Below are positions 38,401-53,400 of a DNA stretch of 64,000 nucleotides, in pieces. The stretch is from NCBI GenBank assembly GCA_965649765.1, contig OZ287751.1:24056001-24120000 (forward strand), read 5' to 3'. The notes beneath the pieces are model-generated. The model was not told where the DNA came from and did not search any database. It saw nothing but the letters and a program-made list of their open reading frames with translations. Positions within the stretch are counted from its first letter, which is position 1, and every line of letters begins with the position of its first letter. The position numbers and the translations under genes were made by a program. Origin of the DNA: Bispira polyomma (taxonomy: Eukaryota).

Positions 38401-41400
38401 ACCCATCTCGGATTCTAGATGTATTTATTGAAAACCAAGTGGCCACTTAAAAAGTAAATGGTTATTATAAATAATCTGATGTCATCTATTTATATATATA
38501 TATATATAACATCATTTTACTACCACTGCAAAAGTGGAAATTTTCAGTAGGAATTAATTTTAGCCATTTTATGTTTAGCTATTTTAGCTATTTTAAGTTT
38601 GGCTATTTTAACTATTTTAACTTTAGCTACTAAGTTTCGTATAGTGAAAATTACTTCGCAGTGAAAATTTGAAGTTGTATTGATATTTAACTAGGAGATA
38701 GGCATTAGTGACAAAACTAATTCCAGCGAATTTCTAAAAACCGAAATTAGTGAAATCTTTTTGAAGCTAGAATTTCGACTAAAACAGAAGAGTAAGAAAC
38801 CTAAAAGTTTCCACTTTATCGTATCTGAAATTCGCCACTTCGAAAAATGTTGTATTTTTGGTAGAATTGTAGGTAATATTTGCTGAAATTGAAATTTTTA
38901 TGACTATTTTGCCTTACTTACCTAAATTCTAGTTATTTTTCACCAGTTTTTATTGATTTGGCTTAAATTTTAAGGGTTGTCAATTTCAGATACAGATTCT
39001 ATCTACTTATTCTAACTAAACATTTGTAATTCATATCATTTCTGACAAGTAACCACCCCCCAAAAAATAGTTAATTTTTGGCTTTAAATTTATATCTTTT
39101 TAAGTTTTTGTGAAACTGATTAAAATATCCGGTTTACTTGTATTTTTAAATCAGATAAAAAAGAACAACTTTGCTTAATCAATTCATCAATGTATCAGGA
39201 AAAAGAGTTTTCATAATATCTTGATATTTATTGAGATTGTTCAGTGATATGTATAGTTAACAAACAAATTTGTAACAACTAAAATTTTAAAAGAGACAAA
39301 CTAACGAATATATGTAACATTTTACAGTTTTTTTACACAAAATTCTGTGATATAGTGATGCTTTTATTTAAAACAACATTAGCAATACTTGCAACCGAGA
39401 ACAATGCATGAAATTGACACAATTCTGACCAAGTGAAAAAAGCACTGGGGATGACTGCAAAACTGTTACAACATAATTACACACAGAACAAAATTGTTGG
39501 TTCCGGAATTATAAAATTGTTTTAGATATCAATGTACATGATTGCTTCTCTCATACTGCAGCAATTTACACAGGAAACAGATATTGAATTAAACCAGTTT
39601 CAATTGCAAACAATCATATACTATCAACAGCAGACTGACTCCCTCCTCCTAAAGGTCCATTCACACAGGTCGGATCCGGATCCGTATTGTGGATTGGGAA
39701 AATTTAAATACAAATAAAACAGTGTTGGTATTCAAACAAAAGATGAATCCAGATCGGCAATGTACACAGATTTTATTTTAAAATTTTGGTGGATAAGCAT
39801 CCAGATCCCCACAAAGCACCTGAAAAGTAGCTCGAAATTTCACATGATTTTCTGTTAGTGTGAAAAAGGAACAGACAATATCCAGACAAGATTTACCTAG
39901 ATTGACAAGGGTTGAACTAGACAGGTAGTTTAAAACTTTCTAATTTAGCTGAATTCGGATCGGAGAGAAACCAGTTCCTAAGATTGTTTTAAGCAGATTA
40001 ACAACGATTGATCTAACCCTTCTTATATTTAATAAACAAAGTCACTTGACAGTAAATTCAAAATGAAGCCCTGGTAATTTCATTTTACCAACAACTGATC
40101 TTGATTTTTTTTTAATTTAAATTTTTAAATATCATGGGTCAGGGTGAAAAAACCCACAAATAGAATTTTTTTTTGATCAATTTTTACTAATGAAAATTAA
40201 CTTTTTTTTTAGTTTAAATCAAACTTGATTTAATCATGGGTCACATTGGACAAAAACCGACTTGGGCCAGTATTCTCCTCAAATGAAAAGATCAAGTCAG
40301 ACTGTAACTCAATCTTAGGTTTCTATAATCTCTGGCTTTAGTAGTGTCAGGGAAAATGTGATGGCAATATTTAAATTCAGCTGTGCAAGCTCTATTAAAA
40401 GGAATGGCCACAAGTCTAGTTTACACACAGAGACTTTCACATGGGATCTATTTGAGTTGAGACAGAGTTTCGAGCTTGAGTTTCCTTAAAGAACTTACAG
40501 ACGTAGATCAAATTGGAGGACTACTCCATGTGTACTTACCCGACACAGGAAGTGCAGTCTATCCACATAGGCTTTCTCTGTCTTCAGTAGTTCTAGCATC
40601 ACATCGTAACAACTGTCCATCTCTTGACTACCAGCCTGTGGCGAGCGGGGCTACAACATAGACATGTATCACAGTCTTAAGAGTGGTTGTTCTAGGGAAG
40701 TATTCACTAACATTCTGATACTTAGAATATTTGAATTTGAATTGGCATATTTAACGTCCACTCTAGTACAAGTTTGGGTTATATTGGGACGGATAGTTGG
40801 AAATGCTGGAGAAAACACTGCATACAGTTGATCAAGGTTCTACACTGAAACCAGCGGCCCACAATAAGGAACTACCACCTTTCCCACATATGCATCGATG
40901 GGAATCGAACCCACGCCAGCCGATCCCAGAGGTGAGAGACCAGTGATTGTGAAGCACAATGCTTGCTAACCACTAGACCACCGCGGCCCTGATACTTAGA
41001 ATAAGAATTATTCTTAAACTTAGAAAATGTTCTTATTCTTAGAATGAAATCGTATTCACAAAGCAATACTAGAATAAAGATTTTCTTAGCTAAGAATTGT
41101 GAATAGAAATGTATGCACACATGTTTTTATGACAATCATGTGACCACTGTTTACAATACTCTCATCTCCAAATATGGAAAAAATTTTTTAGTGAATAACA
41201 AAATTCTTATACTTAGAATAGAAATCTAAGAATAACAGGAATTTTAAGAGTAAGTGAGCGTTTCCATGCAGGCAACTTTCTGAGGCGATCAGGCGATGGC
41301 CAACGGCGATTCTATCAGTTTCATTGATTTATAACCTAGTGTTTCAATGTGAGCAATGCCAATAGGCGACAGGCAATGCCAGGCAATTTTTTCGGTACTA

Positions 41401-44400
41401 GGAGCGAAAAAAATCGCCTGGCATTGCATGTCGCCTTGTAAACATTGCTGATTTTTTAAAAATTACTGAAGGTATAAATTTTATCAAAATATGGTAAGAA
41501 AGCTTATTTTATCAAGAATATTGTGCTTTTTGTTGCATCAAAATCGGTTGAGAAATGGCTAAAATATTTAAGTTAAAAAACAGGTATCTATTTTTCTCAA
41601 ATAACTGTATAGAAACATAAAAATTAAAAATTGCCCATTAGACTTTGGCTAGTCGCCTCAGAAAGATGCCTGCATGGAAAAGCTCACTAAGAATGTTATT
41701 GAAATAGGTCCCATATCTTCTTGAAGAAGGTGACATAAATATCCAACTTTAGCTTTAGTACACCTAAATGGCTCATAAACTGAATATTCATCAAATACAT
41801 AAGAATACCATGTCTTTTTCTTAGGTTATATAAGGTTTTGACCATTCTTAGAATCAAAGATCATTCTTAGAAAAGTTTCTACGAATAACAAAAAAATCTA
41901 GCAATGACAATTTTGTGAATGTCAATATTCTTATACTTAGAATTTTTGATTAGAACTTTTATTATCGTCTCAATATTTGACTTTATGAAGACACTTTTTC
42001 TCTACCGAATTTGTATTTCCTTATTATTTAACAATAAATTGTCTCTTATATTTTATAAACCTTCTATAATCCAAACAAAATGTTGTTCTCTCCACATTTT
42101 TGGATGATAGAGATTCCACTGTAGTGTGTTTATTATCATCTGTCTTGAATTTACTTGACCAAACTAATCATTTCCGCGGCATGTCAACTGTATTAATACC
42201 TCCATCTGACAGTTCAGAAAATCAATATCGCGTTGTGTCCTCAGTTGTACAAATTGTTTACTCTTTGTATGGCAGACTGATAATATGTCCCCAGGCCTTT
42301 TATAACTTTGAAATGCTAAAAACTGGATTATCAATCATGTGACAATGTTTACTAAAACTCATATCAAAACATCATGCCCAGTGTGTAACATACTATGACT
42401 TTTAAACCACCTAGGTTCTGACCCAAATACGAGCAGATATAAATAGATAAGGATGGAATCCAGTGGCACAATATTGTTTACATCATCATGAAAATTTGCA
42501 CATTTAGGTACCGTGATTAGTTTTAAAATCATGATATCGTCGGGACTTCCAATTCAACTTTTGATTTCTGTACAGTTGAACCTCTTTAAGTCACACTTAA
42601 AATGACCAGGAGAAATACCTCTACGTAAGCAGGATTTCAACTTAACAGGGTAGGTTTTAAAAGAAAGAGCTTTTCTGGGACTACAAATGTTTCTTATGAT
42701 TAAAGAGAAATCGACTTAAAAGATTTCTTCTTTAAGGGGTTTGACTGTAGTTGCATAAAAAAATCACTGACTTTTGAGAGCTTCGTACAAATTAAGTTTT
42801 ACATAAAAATGTCAGTATTTCCAACAAGGTAACCAAAAATGTTGACAATAACCTCAAAATGCCACAATTATATGCGTTAAACAATTTCTGGAATTAATTT
42901 TATCACTTTACGTGAAAAAAATTTCATATCATAAAAATCTGGCGATATTGTGGTAGCTTTTATATTTGGTGAGGATATCACTGATAAATATTGAATGGGA
43001 TGACCACTTCAAAGGCCAAGGTGGCCTGGTGGTTAGAAGCACCTGCCTCACAATCAATGGCCTCTGAGGCCAGTGTGGGTTCAAATCCAGTTTGTTCTTT
43101 TATATGGGAAAGTTTGTCAGATATTTGCCGTAGGCCAGGTGTTTATAGTGTTGCAGCACTGGTGTCTTCCACCATTGAATATGGCCTTCGCTTTATGACC
43201 TAAGCTGTTTAAAATGAATTAAACCGCAACTAAATTTAAATAAAAGAGCGGACTTTTCTTATGACATTCTAATTGGAGTGGTACGGTAAAGAATATTTTT
43301 AATTGTCCAAATCTCAATTAAGCCTTTTATTGACTAATGTTAAAAATAGTATAAAAGAAGTAAACTTATATATGATAGTTATAATAACTTATGTAGATAT
43401 GCATATATATTACCCATTTTCTATACATATGGAAATATTTATTATACATATGACCTTTGAGGAGATACTTGGCTTTTAACAAAATGATTCTGGTAAATCA
43501 GACAAGGTGATTTTTGTGAATCTCTGCCACCTCTCAAACAGAAGATGACGGTGAAGAAATTAATCAGAAAACACAAATACATTCTATACCTATTCAAAAG
43601 TATCTCAATACTCCCCTCTCTGTTCACTGATTTTTTTCTGATGGATCTCTTTCTCCATATTTGTACCAACTTTCCAGTGACACATGACAATTAAAGCAAG
43701 CATTAAATTTCTAAATGGTGTGAAAGATATTGGTGTGTTAAACCAATTAGGCTTTGTTTGAGGACACCCTTTAAAGTGGGAGAGCCATGTATAAAATTTT
43801 GCCCAGTGAAATTATTCCACTGCACTTGACACATACAAATGAGGACCTTTATGACAATGGTTAAGATTACCTTGGAAATATGACTCTCAGCATTTATTCT
43901 AGTGTAGGAAATGCATCATTATGGGTTTATGCCATTAGTCTTTTTGTCTCAATTCAATAAACAGGTTGAGATACCGTAAAACCGTTAATTATTACCCAAA
44001 CCAAAAACACCTCTAACATTAAGGCCCTTTTCTAGATGCAACATTTTTTAATAATAGCCCCTCATTTTGAAAAAAATGCAAAGCCCCTGGGCCCGTATTC
44101 ACAAGCAGACTTAGCCAAGTCTTATTAGTCATAAATCTGGTTTGAAAGTATATACTAGATTTAAGCCTAGGACTTGGCTAAGTCTGTTAGTGAATACAGG
44201 CCCAGGATTGTTTATTAGAGAAATGAAAGTATACATCCTGTAAAAATTTGTAATTTTAGATGCAATTCAGTAGAGTGGTGCAGGATGAAACACTCCCACC
44301 TCCCACCTTGTGGGTTTGAATCTCTCTGTCATGCATGTGGGAAAGTTGGCATTAGACTTGCTAAAGGCTTGTTGCTTTACAGTACAGAAATATTGAGCAA

Positions 44401-47400
44401 TATATTTACTGGTTTCCTCCACTACTAATGATATGACACTCATGTGTTGAAAGTGACACTAAATCCTAAATCTAACAACCTAACTTTGCAGTATTCAATT
44501 CAGTAATTCAGCAATTCAACAATTCAATTCGAAAGAATCAAACCGTTTTTGATAGATACAGTGCACACACACCGACTCATCTTTTCATACATCATTCTAT
44601 GTCATTCTTCCTTTTTTTCTTTTGTATAAAAAAATATTCTTGCAAGAAGGCTTTATTATAATCTTTTTGATTTTGTCTCATTGTTTTGTTTGAATAAAAT
44701 ATTGTTTATGAAAATCCAGCATTCAATTCAGTTTGACGTTTATGGAATATGAATTTTATTTTTGAGTTACCCGATAAACAAAGAAACTAAACATTTGTTT
44801 CTAACAGTTTTAATTAGCATTTAAATCAACTGATTATTCAAGGCACTTTTACTACTGTTAAACTTAGGTAACCTTATCACTATTCTACCCAAAAAATTAT
44901 TTACAGCTATATATTCTACAAAAGAAAAACAATTTTAGACCCTGAACTATGAGCAAGTCTCTTCCATACCATTCAGTGGTAAACAAACAGCTGCTTCAGA
45001 TGCCATGCAGCTGTTAGATATTTTACGGTAGTGGATGGGTGCCACTGAATGGTGCTCAAATATTGGTCAAATCAATATCACACATTCTACTTCACCTATA
45101 GTGGGGAAGCTCAATAGTTAGCTGGGAGACATGTTACACATTTAATTAGCCACAAAAGAGCATGGTCTCATTAGTACCAGTTTGTGGTCATTATTGTATT
45201 ATCACTTAATTACCTTGTACTACACAGTGTCACAATGACTGCAGGGAATCAAAACTGTGCTCGATGAGAATCCATAAAGCGATGACGCTCTTATTCAATC
45301 ATGTTCTTCACCTAATCTACTCTACTGATACTGTCAGTCTGTTACAGTGTGAAGCATTTGTTATTAAATGAGTTCTAGGTGGAGAAACTATAACAGAAGC
45401 TCAATAGTTAGCTGGGAGACAGTTACACATTTAATTAGCCACAAAAGAGCATGGTCTCATTAGTACCAGTTTGTGGTCATTATTGTATTATCACTTAATT
45501 ACCTTGTACTACACAGTGTCACAATGACTGCAGGGAATCAAAACTGTGCTCGATGAGAATCCATAAAGCGATGACGCTCTTATTCAATCATGTTCTTCAC
45601 CTAATCTACTCTACTGATACTGTCAGTCTGTTACAGTGTGAAGCATTTGTTATTAAATGAGTTCTAGGTAGAGAAACTATAACAGATTCTAGTAATATAG
45701 AAAAAAGTCATATAGTGGAAATAAGGGAATAAAAAGCACCTTTCAACATAAAGATAACAGAATAGTTTGGAATTACTGTTGTTATTTTTTATTATTTATT
45801 TATTTCTAATAAATTGGCATGGTTTGGGAAAGAAGTGAAATGAAGGCCCAATTAATTTAACATACACACTAAAACTTAGAAATAAAATATGACCTCATAT
45901 GATTCTACTTCCAGGAAGTTAAGCAGGATTTTATTGGGTATTTTGTATTAGTGCAATTTTAATTTCACAATCTGCAACAGCATACTAGCTGGTACAAATT
46001 ACACTGCCAAACCCCTTTAAGTAGAATTTTGTTACATCAAGCTCTCTTTCATATGGAAAAAGCCTGGAACTATACCCTGTTAAGCGTAACTCCTACTTTA
46101 GTAGAGGTTTTTCTCCTGGTTACTTGAGGTTTCCCTTTAAAGGGTTAAACTGTACATAACCTCCAAAGTCATTCACATGGCTAATTTGTCTATTGAATAT
46201 ATTTTTAGTAAAAAATGTTGTTTTTTTTTTCTAAAATATACAAAATTTAAGCTATAAAATCATATAAGTATAAGATCTGATAACTATGAATGTGACCACC
46301 TTTTTTATCCGATATTCTGTTATCTGAACATTAAGTTACTGTGTGTTCTTATTTCTATTCTCCCCAAATCCAATATTCCCCATTGCTTTACACTTCATTC
46401 CAAATTCCATATATATTATAAACCCTCACATCAGTTCACTTTCCAAACCTTGTCTGAATAACTGTAGTGCAACTGTAGTCTAGGGACTTAAATCTAGGTC
46501 AGACTCTGAAGGAAATTACCCACCAATTCTGATCAGATCCGATCTAATCACCTACAACATTGGCAAAAATTCGGAAACAGTTAAAAATCTTATGCCTTTA
46601 CATACCGCAGATGATCAGATACAATCAGAGGTTTAGCATCTGATCTTCAAAATTCTAAATAGAATGTTTTTTAATTTTCAGTTGGATTGTATGGAGAGGG
46701 GTGGGGAAGTTTTTTTTGTGCATGTGCAGCAAATAAACTTCAACGCTAATATCTGAAAATGTGATAAAGACGAATAACAAAAAGGTACAGTTTTGTCGTA
46801 TCCAGTGTGTAAAAACACTGGTATCATAAATTTTCCCTGGAACGAGATCGTTCTGGTCATTATTGTATATATTGTATTGTATTATTGATTTTTAACGTGC
46901 CTTATTGATGCGAGGCATCCACTAAAGCGCAACAACAGAATCAGTTAACCAATAGTGTAGTCCAAGAACATAGCCATGGTCGTAAGCAAGAATGTCAGGG
47001 TGTACAACGAGGGAACTAAGGGGGGGTAAGCGAGTTTGAAAAGATAGGTTCTTTAAGACTTACCACAGTTTCGTCACTGTAAGAGGTGAAGTCACTGGTA
47101 CTAGACAGTCCATCGTCATCTATGTTGTAGACATCATTGGAATCATCATCAAAGTCACTATCAGTGAAGTAGCTGTCATCAGAGTCCGCAGATCCCTGTA
47201 CACCATCCACCTGTCTCATCCCAGCCGCCTCCTTCTTAGAGGAGGCCGCAGTAGTGGTGACCTCGGATCTCTTCAGTTTATTCAGTAGCCTTCCCCCGGC
47301 CACTATGTGCGTGGAATTAGCATACAGAGGAGGCTTATTGTTATGTCCTCCTCCCGATGGTGCTTTATGTTTCAGGGAGCTGGTCATTGGCAACTTATGA

Positions 47401-50400
47401 GGTGTACTAGTAGCACTGCTGTCACTGCTGCTAAAGGAAGTACTGTTGACAACAGGGGGCTGTACCTTGTGTAGTACTGCCGGTGTCGAGTGGCGGTAGA
47501 TCACTTTCTGTGTTCTCTCCAGTACTGGGCTCTTACTCCTAGGTTCTAGTTGCAATTTGACTTTGGCATTTGGTGACCGCAGTACGGCATCTGAACTTTT
47601 ACTGTACATTAACCCATGAAACGAATGTCTCTCCACGTGGTCATCCTGTGCAATATCTTCTTGTTGGTCCATATGAGTCTGACCACTACTGACCGGCAGC
47701 TGGAAGAGAACTTTCTTTGCTCCTGGAGTAGATGGGCTTCTCTTGATGGTCCCCGGAACATGGTCGTCAGGGTATCTCAAGGAACCTTCTTCACCTGATT
47801 CAAAATATACGGATGATTTTGGTTCAGAATTGCCATCTATTTCTTCATAGTAGTGTGCAGTCCTAGTGGGTAATTTAAAATACAGAGAATGTGGTGGGGG
47901 TGTCTGATCCAGTTGGATATCTCCATTCGGTACATTACCAACCGCCGTGTGATCATTGTAAGCTGAGGTGGCCCTTTTGGTGTCCAACCTCAGAGGATTA
48001 CCGTCTTGTCCCTCAGCAATGTTTTCATAATATGGCCTCCTGTTTTTAAGGGACTGTGACTTTGGTCTCACAATAGTCGCCATTGAATTACAAGCAAAAC
48101 TGTCGTCAATATCTCCGTGAGTTCCAGAGCCATCTGTGGATGACACTGAAGTATCCAAACTGGTAGGAGTTTGATGTTCAATATTCCCATCGGACAGAGG
48201 TGTATTAATCACAGGAGTTTCACTGACGACTACATTTTCAAAGCTAGTTAGACTAGGTCCTGCACAGCCATTGCTATCCTGGTTCATTGCTGCTTCCATA
48301 TCTACGTTATCCATACTCGAAGCACTTAAGTCAGCATCAATAGCGGTTTCTTTGACAAAAACATGATGACTATCCACACTGTCAGGGCTGCTGATACCAC
48401 CAACACTCAGACTAAATCCTGAATCTACAAGGTCCTGTTCTCGTATCCCTTCACTGACATCTGATTTAATCCCAGAGTCTAAGAGTTCACTGTTTAGTCC
48501 ATGCTCTACATCTGGGGGTGGTGGGGGAGGAAGAGGTTCTTCAGTGTCATCAATATCCACACTATCTGCTGCCAGTAATGCTAGTGGGGGAGGGGGCAAT
48601 GGAAGGTCATCCAGCTCCTTATCCATATCTGGCCCCACAAGGACCCCACTATGGCTCATGTCTCCATGGATAATATCCATATCCGGACTATGATCCCATT
48701 CAAGTTCCGTATCTTCTACAATATTATCTCCTATGGCGTCTTCAAAATCCGTACTGAACGGGTCGTCCCTGCTACTGCCGTCAGATTTGTCACGTGACTT
48801 GCCACCTAGTGGTAGAGATGGGTACTTTGGTGGTTTATGAGTCACAATGTCTTCTGTACTACTGCTGGTATAAGTGTTATTGTTCAGTTCTGTCATTGAC
48901 CGACTACGCTGCTGGTATGGTTCTGTCCCAATGGAAGAGTTCACATGGTTATTATTGAGGTTACTCTCTCTCACTATGGTGTCTATTAAAACCGATGATG
49001 TGGTTTGCTCCTCCGCCTCTGTTTCATCTGGTAGAGACTCTGTCAAAGTATTAAGTTTATATAGTGAGAAAAAAAACGACCCATACAAAAACCAATGGTT
49101 AAAACGATTTTACACAGTTAACAGTGATAATGTTATAAATGTGGCAGGTTAATTGATATAAATGGTACTGGTTTAGATGACAACATAATAACGACCCCCC
49201 CCCCCCTGTTACCATTATAGCTACTGTCCACACTTTTAAAAGCTGTCAATGAAACAGGTGCTCTCTGTGTGCGATAGAATGTGTGTGACACGGAAAATGT
49301 TGAACAGTTGAAATATAAGTAAACACCAACAAGGACTTCAGTTAATAATTATTGTTTTTTTAAAAGGTATGCTTTACTTATCACAGTTGAAATATAAGTA
49401 AACACCAACAAGGACTTCAGTTAATAATTATTGTTTTTTTAAAAGGTATGCTTTACTTATCACGAATCACCAACAACTTCCGTTAGAAAGTATTTTTCCA
49501 AAGCTATGCTTAACTCATCAGCCCTGGACTTAAGGCATAAACACACACAGCCAGATCGCCGGTCCGGTTTTTCATCACGGACAATGTATAGGGTTTTTTT
49601 ATTCAAATTTTTTGTTTCTAAATCCAAAATGAATGTTTTCAGCGGATTGCCATGATTGATGGACATGTATATAAACCATTTTCACAGCAAATTTACAGCG
49701 AGAAAACCTCTTCATTAAACATCATGCGGGCCACATCATGCATGTCAGTATAGTTACAAAGAAGATAGAGCCACCATGGGATTTAAATCAATCCGATTCT
49801 ATCAGTAAATTTGGATACGGTTGTGTGTGTTTATACCTTAAAGTTATAATGAGTTTTTCTGAGCTATATACTTAGATCTAATATATTTGTTATCTGATCA
49901 CTTACCTTTATAATAATAAGTAGACAAATGTGTGTTTATCCAGATTCAGCCAGGGGAGTGTTTATTTGACTAGGATCAGATTAGTACAAACAGTAGATAC
50001 CCACAGTGTATATGTGTACTGTGTAGATTGTATCTTGTAAAGCCTACTCCAGTTGTGTATATATCCCACACAGTATATACTCAAACAGGGAACTTACACA
50101 AAGTGTGTAATAAGTGCAGTGAGAATCTGTTCAGCTTGAGTTTAAAAGGTATTTTTTTTCAAAGAAAAAAACACACTAAAATAATTCCTTGTGTCATTTT
50201 TACTTGATGATTGATTTCAAAGTCACTAATAAAATGGTCATTGAAAAATATATATCCAAAGCAAAAGACAATCATATATTATCTTTAAAACGTATCAAAC
50301 TTGAATAACTTTTTCAGTGAATGTAAGAAAATGGCAAAATATTATCATTGAAGTTTCAGGACTAGACTAACCTATAAACAGATAAACATAGACACTGCAA

Positions 50401-53400
50401 GACTCAAAAAAAAAAAAATACACACAGGAGTAAAAACAACAGTGTGTTTTTAACTCCTCACTTAACTGGTAAATAAAGCTTTCAGTGAGGAGTGGCTCAG
50501 TATATAGTGCTAGAGTATGAACAACACACTGACAATAAAACACAGGATCCACCAAATGCCGCTACTTATCTCATAGAAATTAATCCAATGCCTTGTCTGT
50601 CCACAGACAATAATTCACATATACTATAGCACTGTAAAGTGACCAAAATCCGCCACCCAATATCAAATTGGCCACAACCTATTAATTATGTTGTGTGTAT
50701 AATCCCTCAAATCTCTTACCAATTTGATTTATTTTCACCAACTATATAAGCCTGAATTTTTAGAGGAACTTTTATTACTGAAGACATATGCTTGTCTTCT
50801 CTTACGGTAAATGCATTTACCATATATTGGCAGCAACGTGAATTTTTACAATTGTTGGTAAACTTTCCATCCTTTACTGCATACTTTTTACACAGCTGGC
50901 CAGGTTTTTATTAGTATTTATTATTACGATATATACCATGAAGGATTGTTGGAATGATACCAATACTCTCTCTTTGCAGATACTGTACAATTGGAAATTT
51001 GCACTTGGAATAAATTTTAGCCAATCAGCTTGAAATACTGCTGATTAATTCCCAGTGGATATTTGTAATTAGTATCGATCTTTTAAATATAAATTGGCCA
51101 ATAGTAAGACATCAATTCCAAGTGAATTTCTTAAAAATTTATAAATTAGTTAAAATTCTCTACCAGCTAAAAAAAAAATTCAAACTTTTACAGTATATTT
51201 ATTACTCAGACAGTCTGAACGGTTTATGGCATCTTGTTTATACTAGTAAATACATCACTATTAAAAGCTCATCAATAAAAAATAAACAGCTAGAGGTTTT
51301 ATATATATACATAACACTTGTCTATTGAGATTCCCAAAATCTAATAATATCCACTTTATGATCTGTACATAATATATTATGTATTATTAAACACGTTTGA
51401 TTATTAAAACATTCCCTGACATGAAAAAAAAAAGATTAACCATCAAAATATACCACTGACTGATAATTAATATCATTTATCCCAAATATATAAGCAAATT
51501 TATATATGTGTAAAAGTGTTTATATGTGGAAGCTATGTATGTACAAATATCTGTTTTTATATTGCTAGCCAATGAAATGGTGTGTAACATGTACACCACC
51601 ACTCAGGTTTACTTGACATTTAATACTCTGCAAATGTGGAGATTGTCTACTTAATTTAGGGGGTACTAATAGCTAGTTTGATATAAGTAAAACTTAAATT
51701 AACATGTGTGTGTGCATTTCTATGTATAGACAAGTATCTTTTAATATTGATGTATTTATGAGTATAAACAAGCGGTCATAGACCAATCAGGAGTGTCTGA
51801 GTAATATATATATACTGTAGAATAAAGTAAAAAAAAATTACCTAGTAGAAAATTTCATTAATTTTTAAAAAATTCGCTTGGATATAATGAGAGTAGCCAG
51901 TCCAACATACAGAAACAAGATGGGGGGATGGGGGTGGAGGGGGGGGGGGTCAGTTAGTATATCTATATATGGTAATTATCTGCTGTGACTGAAGGAAGAA
52001 GTTTCCTGTAGATTTTCCCCATAGATGAAGAGAGACTTCTGAAGAGGACCTTTCTGCACACATATTTTAAGTCCTTTAGACCTCAGGGGGCCCCCTTAAA
52101 AAACACTAGACACTTTTTACTTGGACTTAAACTCAACATATCGTTCTCTTGTGAAACTATATATGTGTCTGGCCTATGAGGGATTTTACAATAGAAAAGG
52201 CTGAATTTATATATGTATTTAATGTTTTTATTACTAATAAAAAGATTGATCTCACATGATGTTTATATAAAAATATACATGACATTTTGAATGTATTACA
52301 TGGCCTCATACATGTAACAGTTTGATGCACAAGAAGGAGATTTCATCTGGCGAACTTACTTCCACTATAAAACCATTTCACAATATAGTATATCCTCCCC
52401 CCCCCCCCCCCACGAACACCCCTACCCATTCCTCCTCCTGAGCATTGGGAAATGTGGTCAAATCAGGGAGCATTAATTTATTCATGAATCTTTGTACAAC
52501 ATATTTTTATTATTAATTCATATTTATGTAGAATGTCAAAAGAATAGATCCAATTTCCCATACATTTTATGCAGAAAGTAACCAATATTTTAGATTTGGT
52601 TATTTACGATATAATTTGTATGTGTCATGTTTTTTCTCTGGAAGGTTGAACCTTTAAACAAGTAAAATATGTATGGGTGTATATATATATACAGGAGTAT
52701 GTTTACAATTTATTTGTAGTGTGAACACTCAGCGTAAAGTGAAAGCACATCTAACAAACAGTATTTAAACACAATGTACAGTAGTATACATACAGATATA
52801 AAAGGCTAATCTTACAAGCACTTATAGAGCTTCTTTAAAACGACACATCTTTTGAATCTGTCTTTTTTTCAGCTGCAAGTTTTATGTATACTTTAATTCA
52901 CCTAAAACATGACTATTCATTCAGTAAAGTATCTTGCTTTTACAAAAGTCATATTGACTATGTTAAAGCTTCAATGAGCACATCATCTGCAGTGAAGTAC
53001 TGATATTTCAAGGTTTTTCCAATACTGCTGCTCTTTGTCTGTATAAACAAGCAAAAACTGAACCTTCTTTTAAAGTTCACCCACAATATATAAAGCTTGA
53101 GAGAGGAGCAGTGGATATCTCAACTAGGCAAGCTAACAAGGGAGTAAATACATCTGTCACTGTTCTCTCCATTTGTCATTTTTGTGATATTATAATCATT
53201 GCAATATAAATGTATATATAAAAAAAAAAAAAAGAGGACTGCTTGTGTTCCAATATAATTAATACTTTACATTTGAAGCCATTGTAATTTATGTTACCCT
53301 ATAGTCATAAAAATCGTGATCCCCCCCCCCCCCCCCCCACTTAAATATTTTGTTCGGATAATGGCAGGTTCATAAAAGAGAAGATGTTTTTCTGTATAAA

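Noticed and set aside
43442-43690. 82-aa ORF as an alternative first exon of FGD
   Set aside because: The best donor gives phase 2, incompatible with phase-0 exon 3, and there are no recognisable motifs.
47016-49088. 690-aa ORF as a stand-alone single-exon gene
   Set aside because: It has no true ATG start and is bounded by phase-compatible splice sites linking it to FGD exons 1 and 3.
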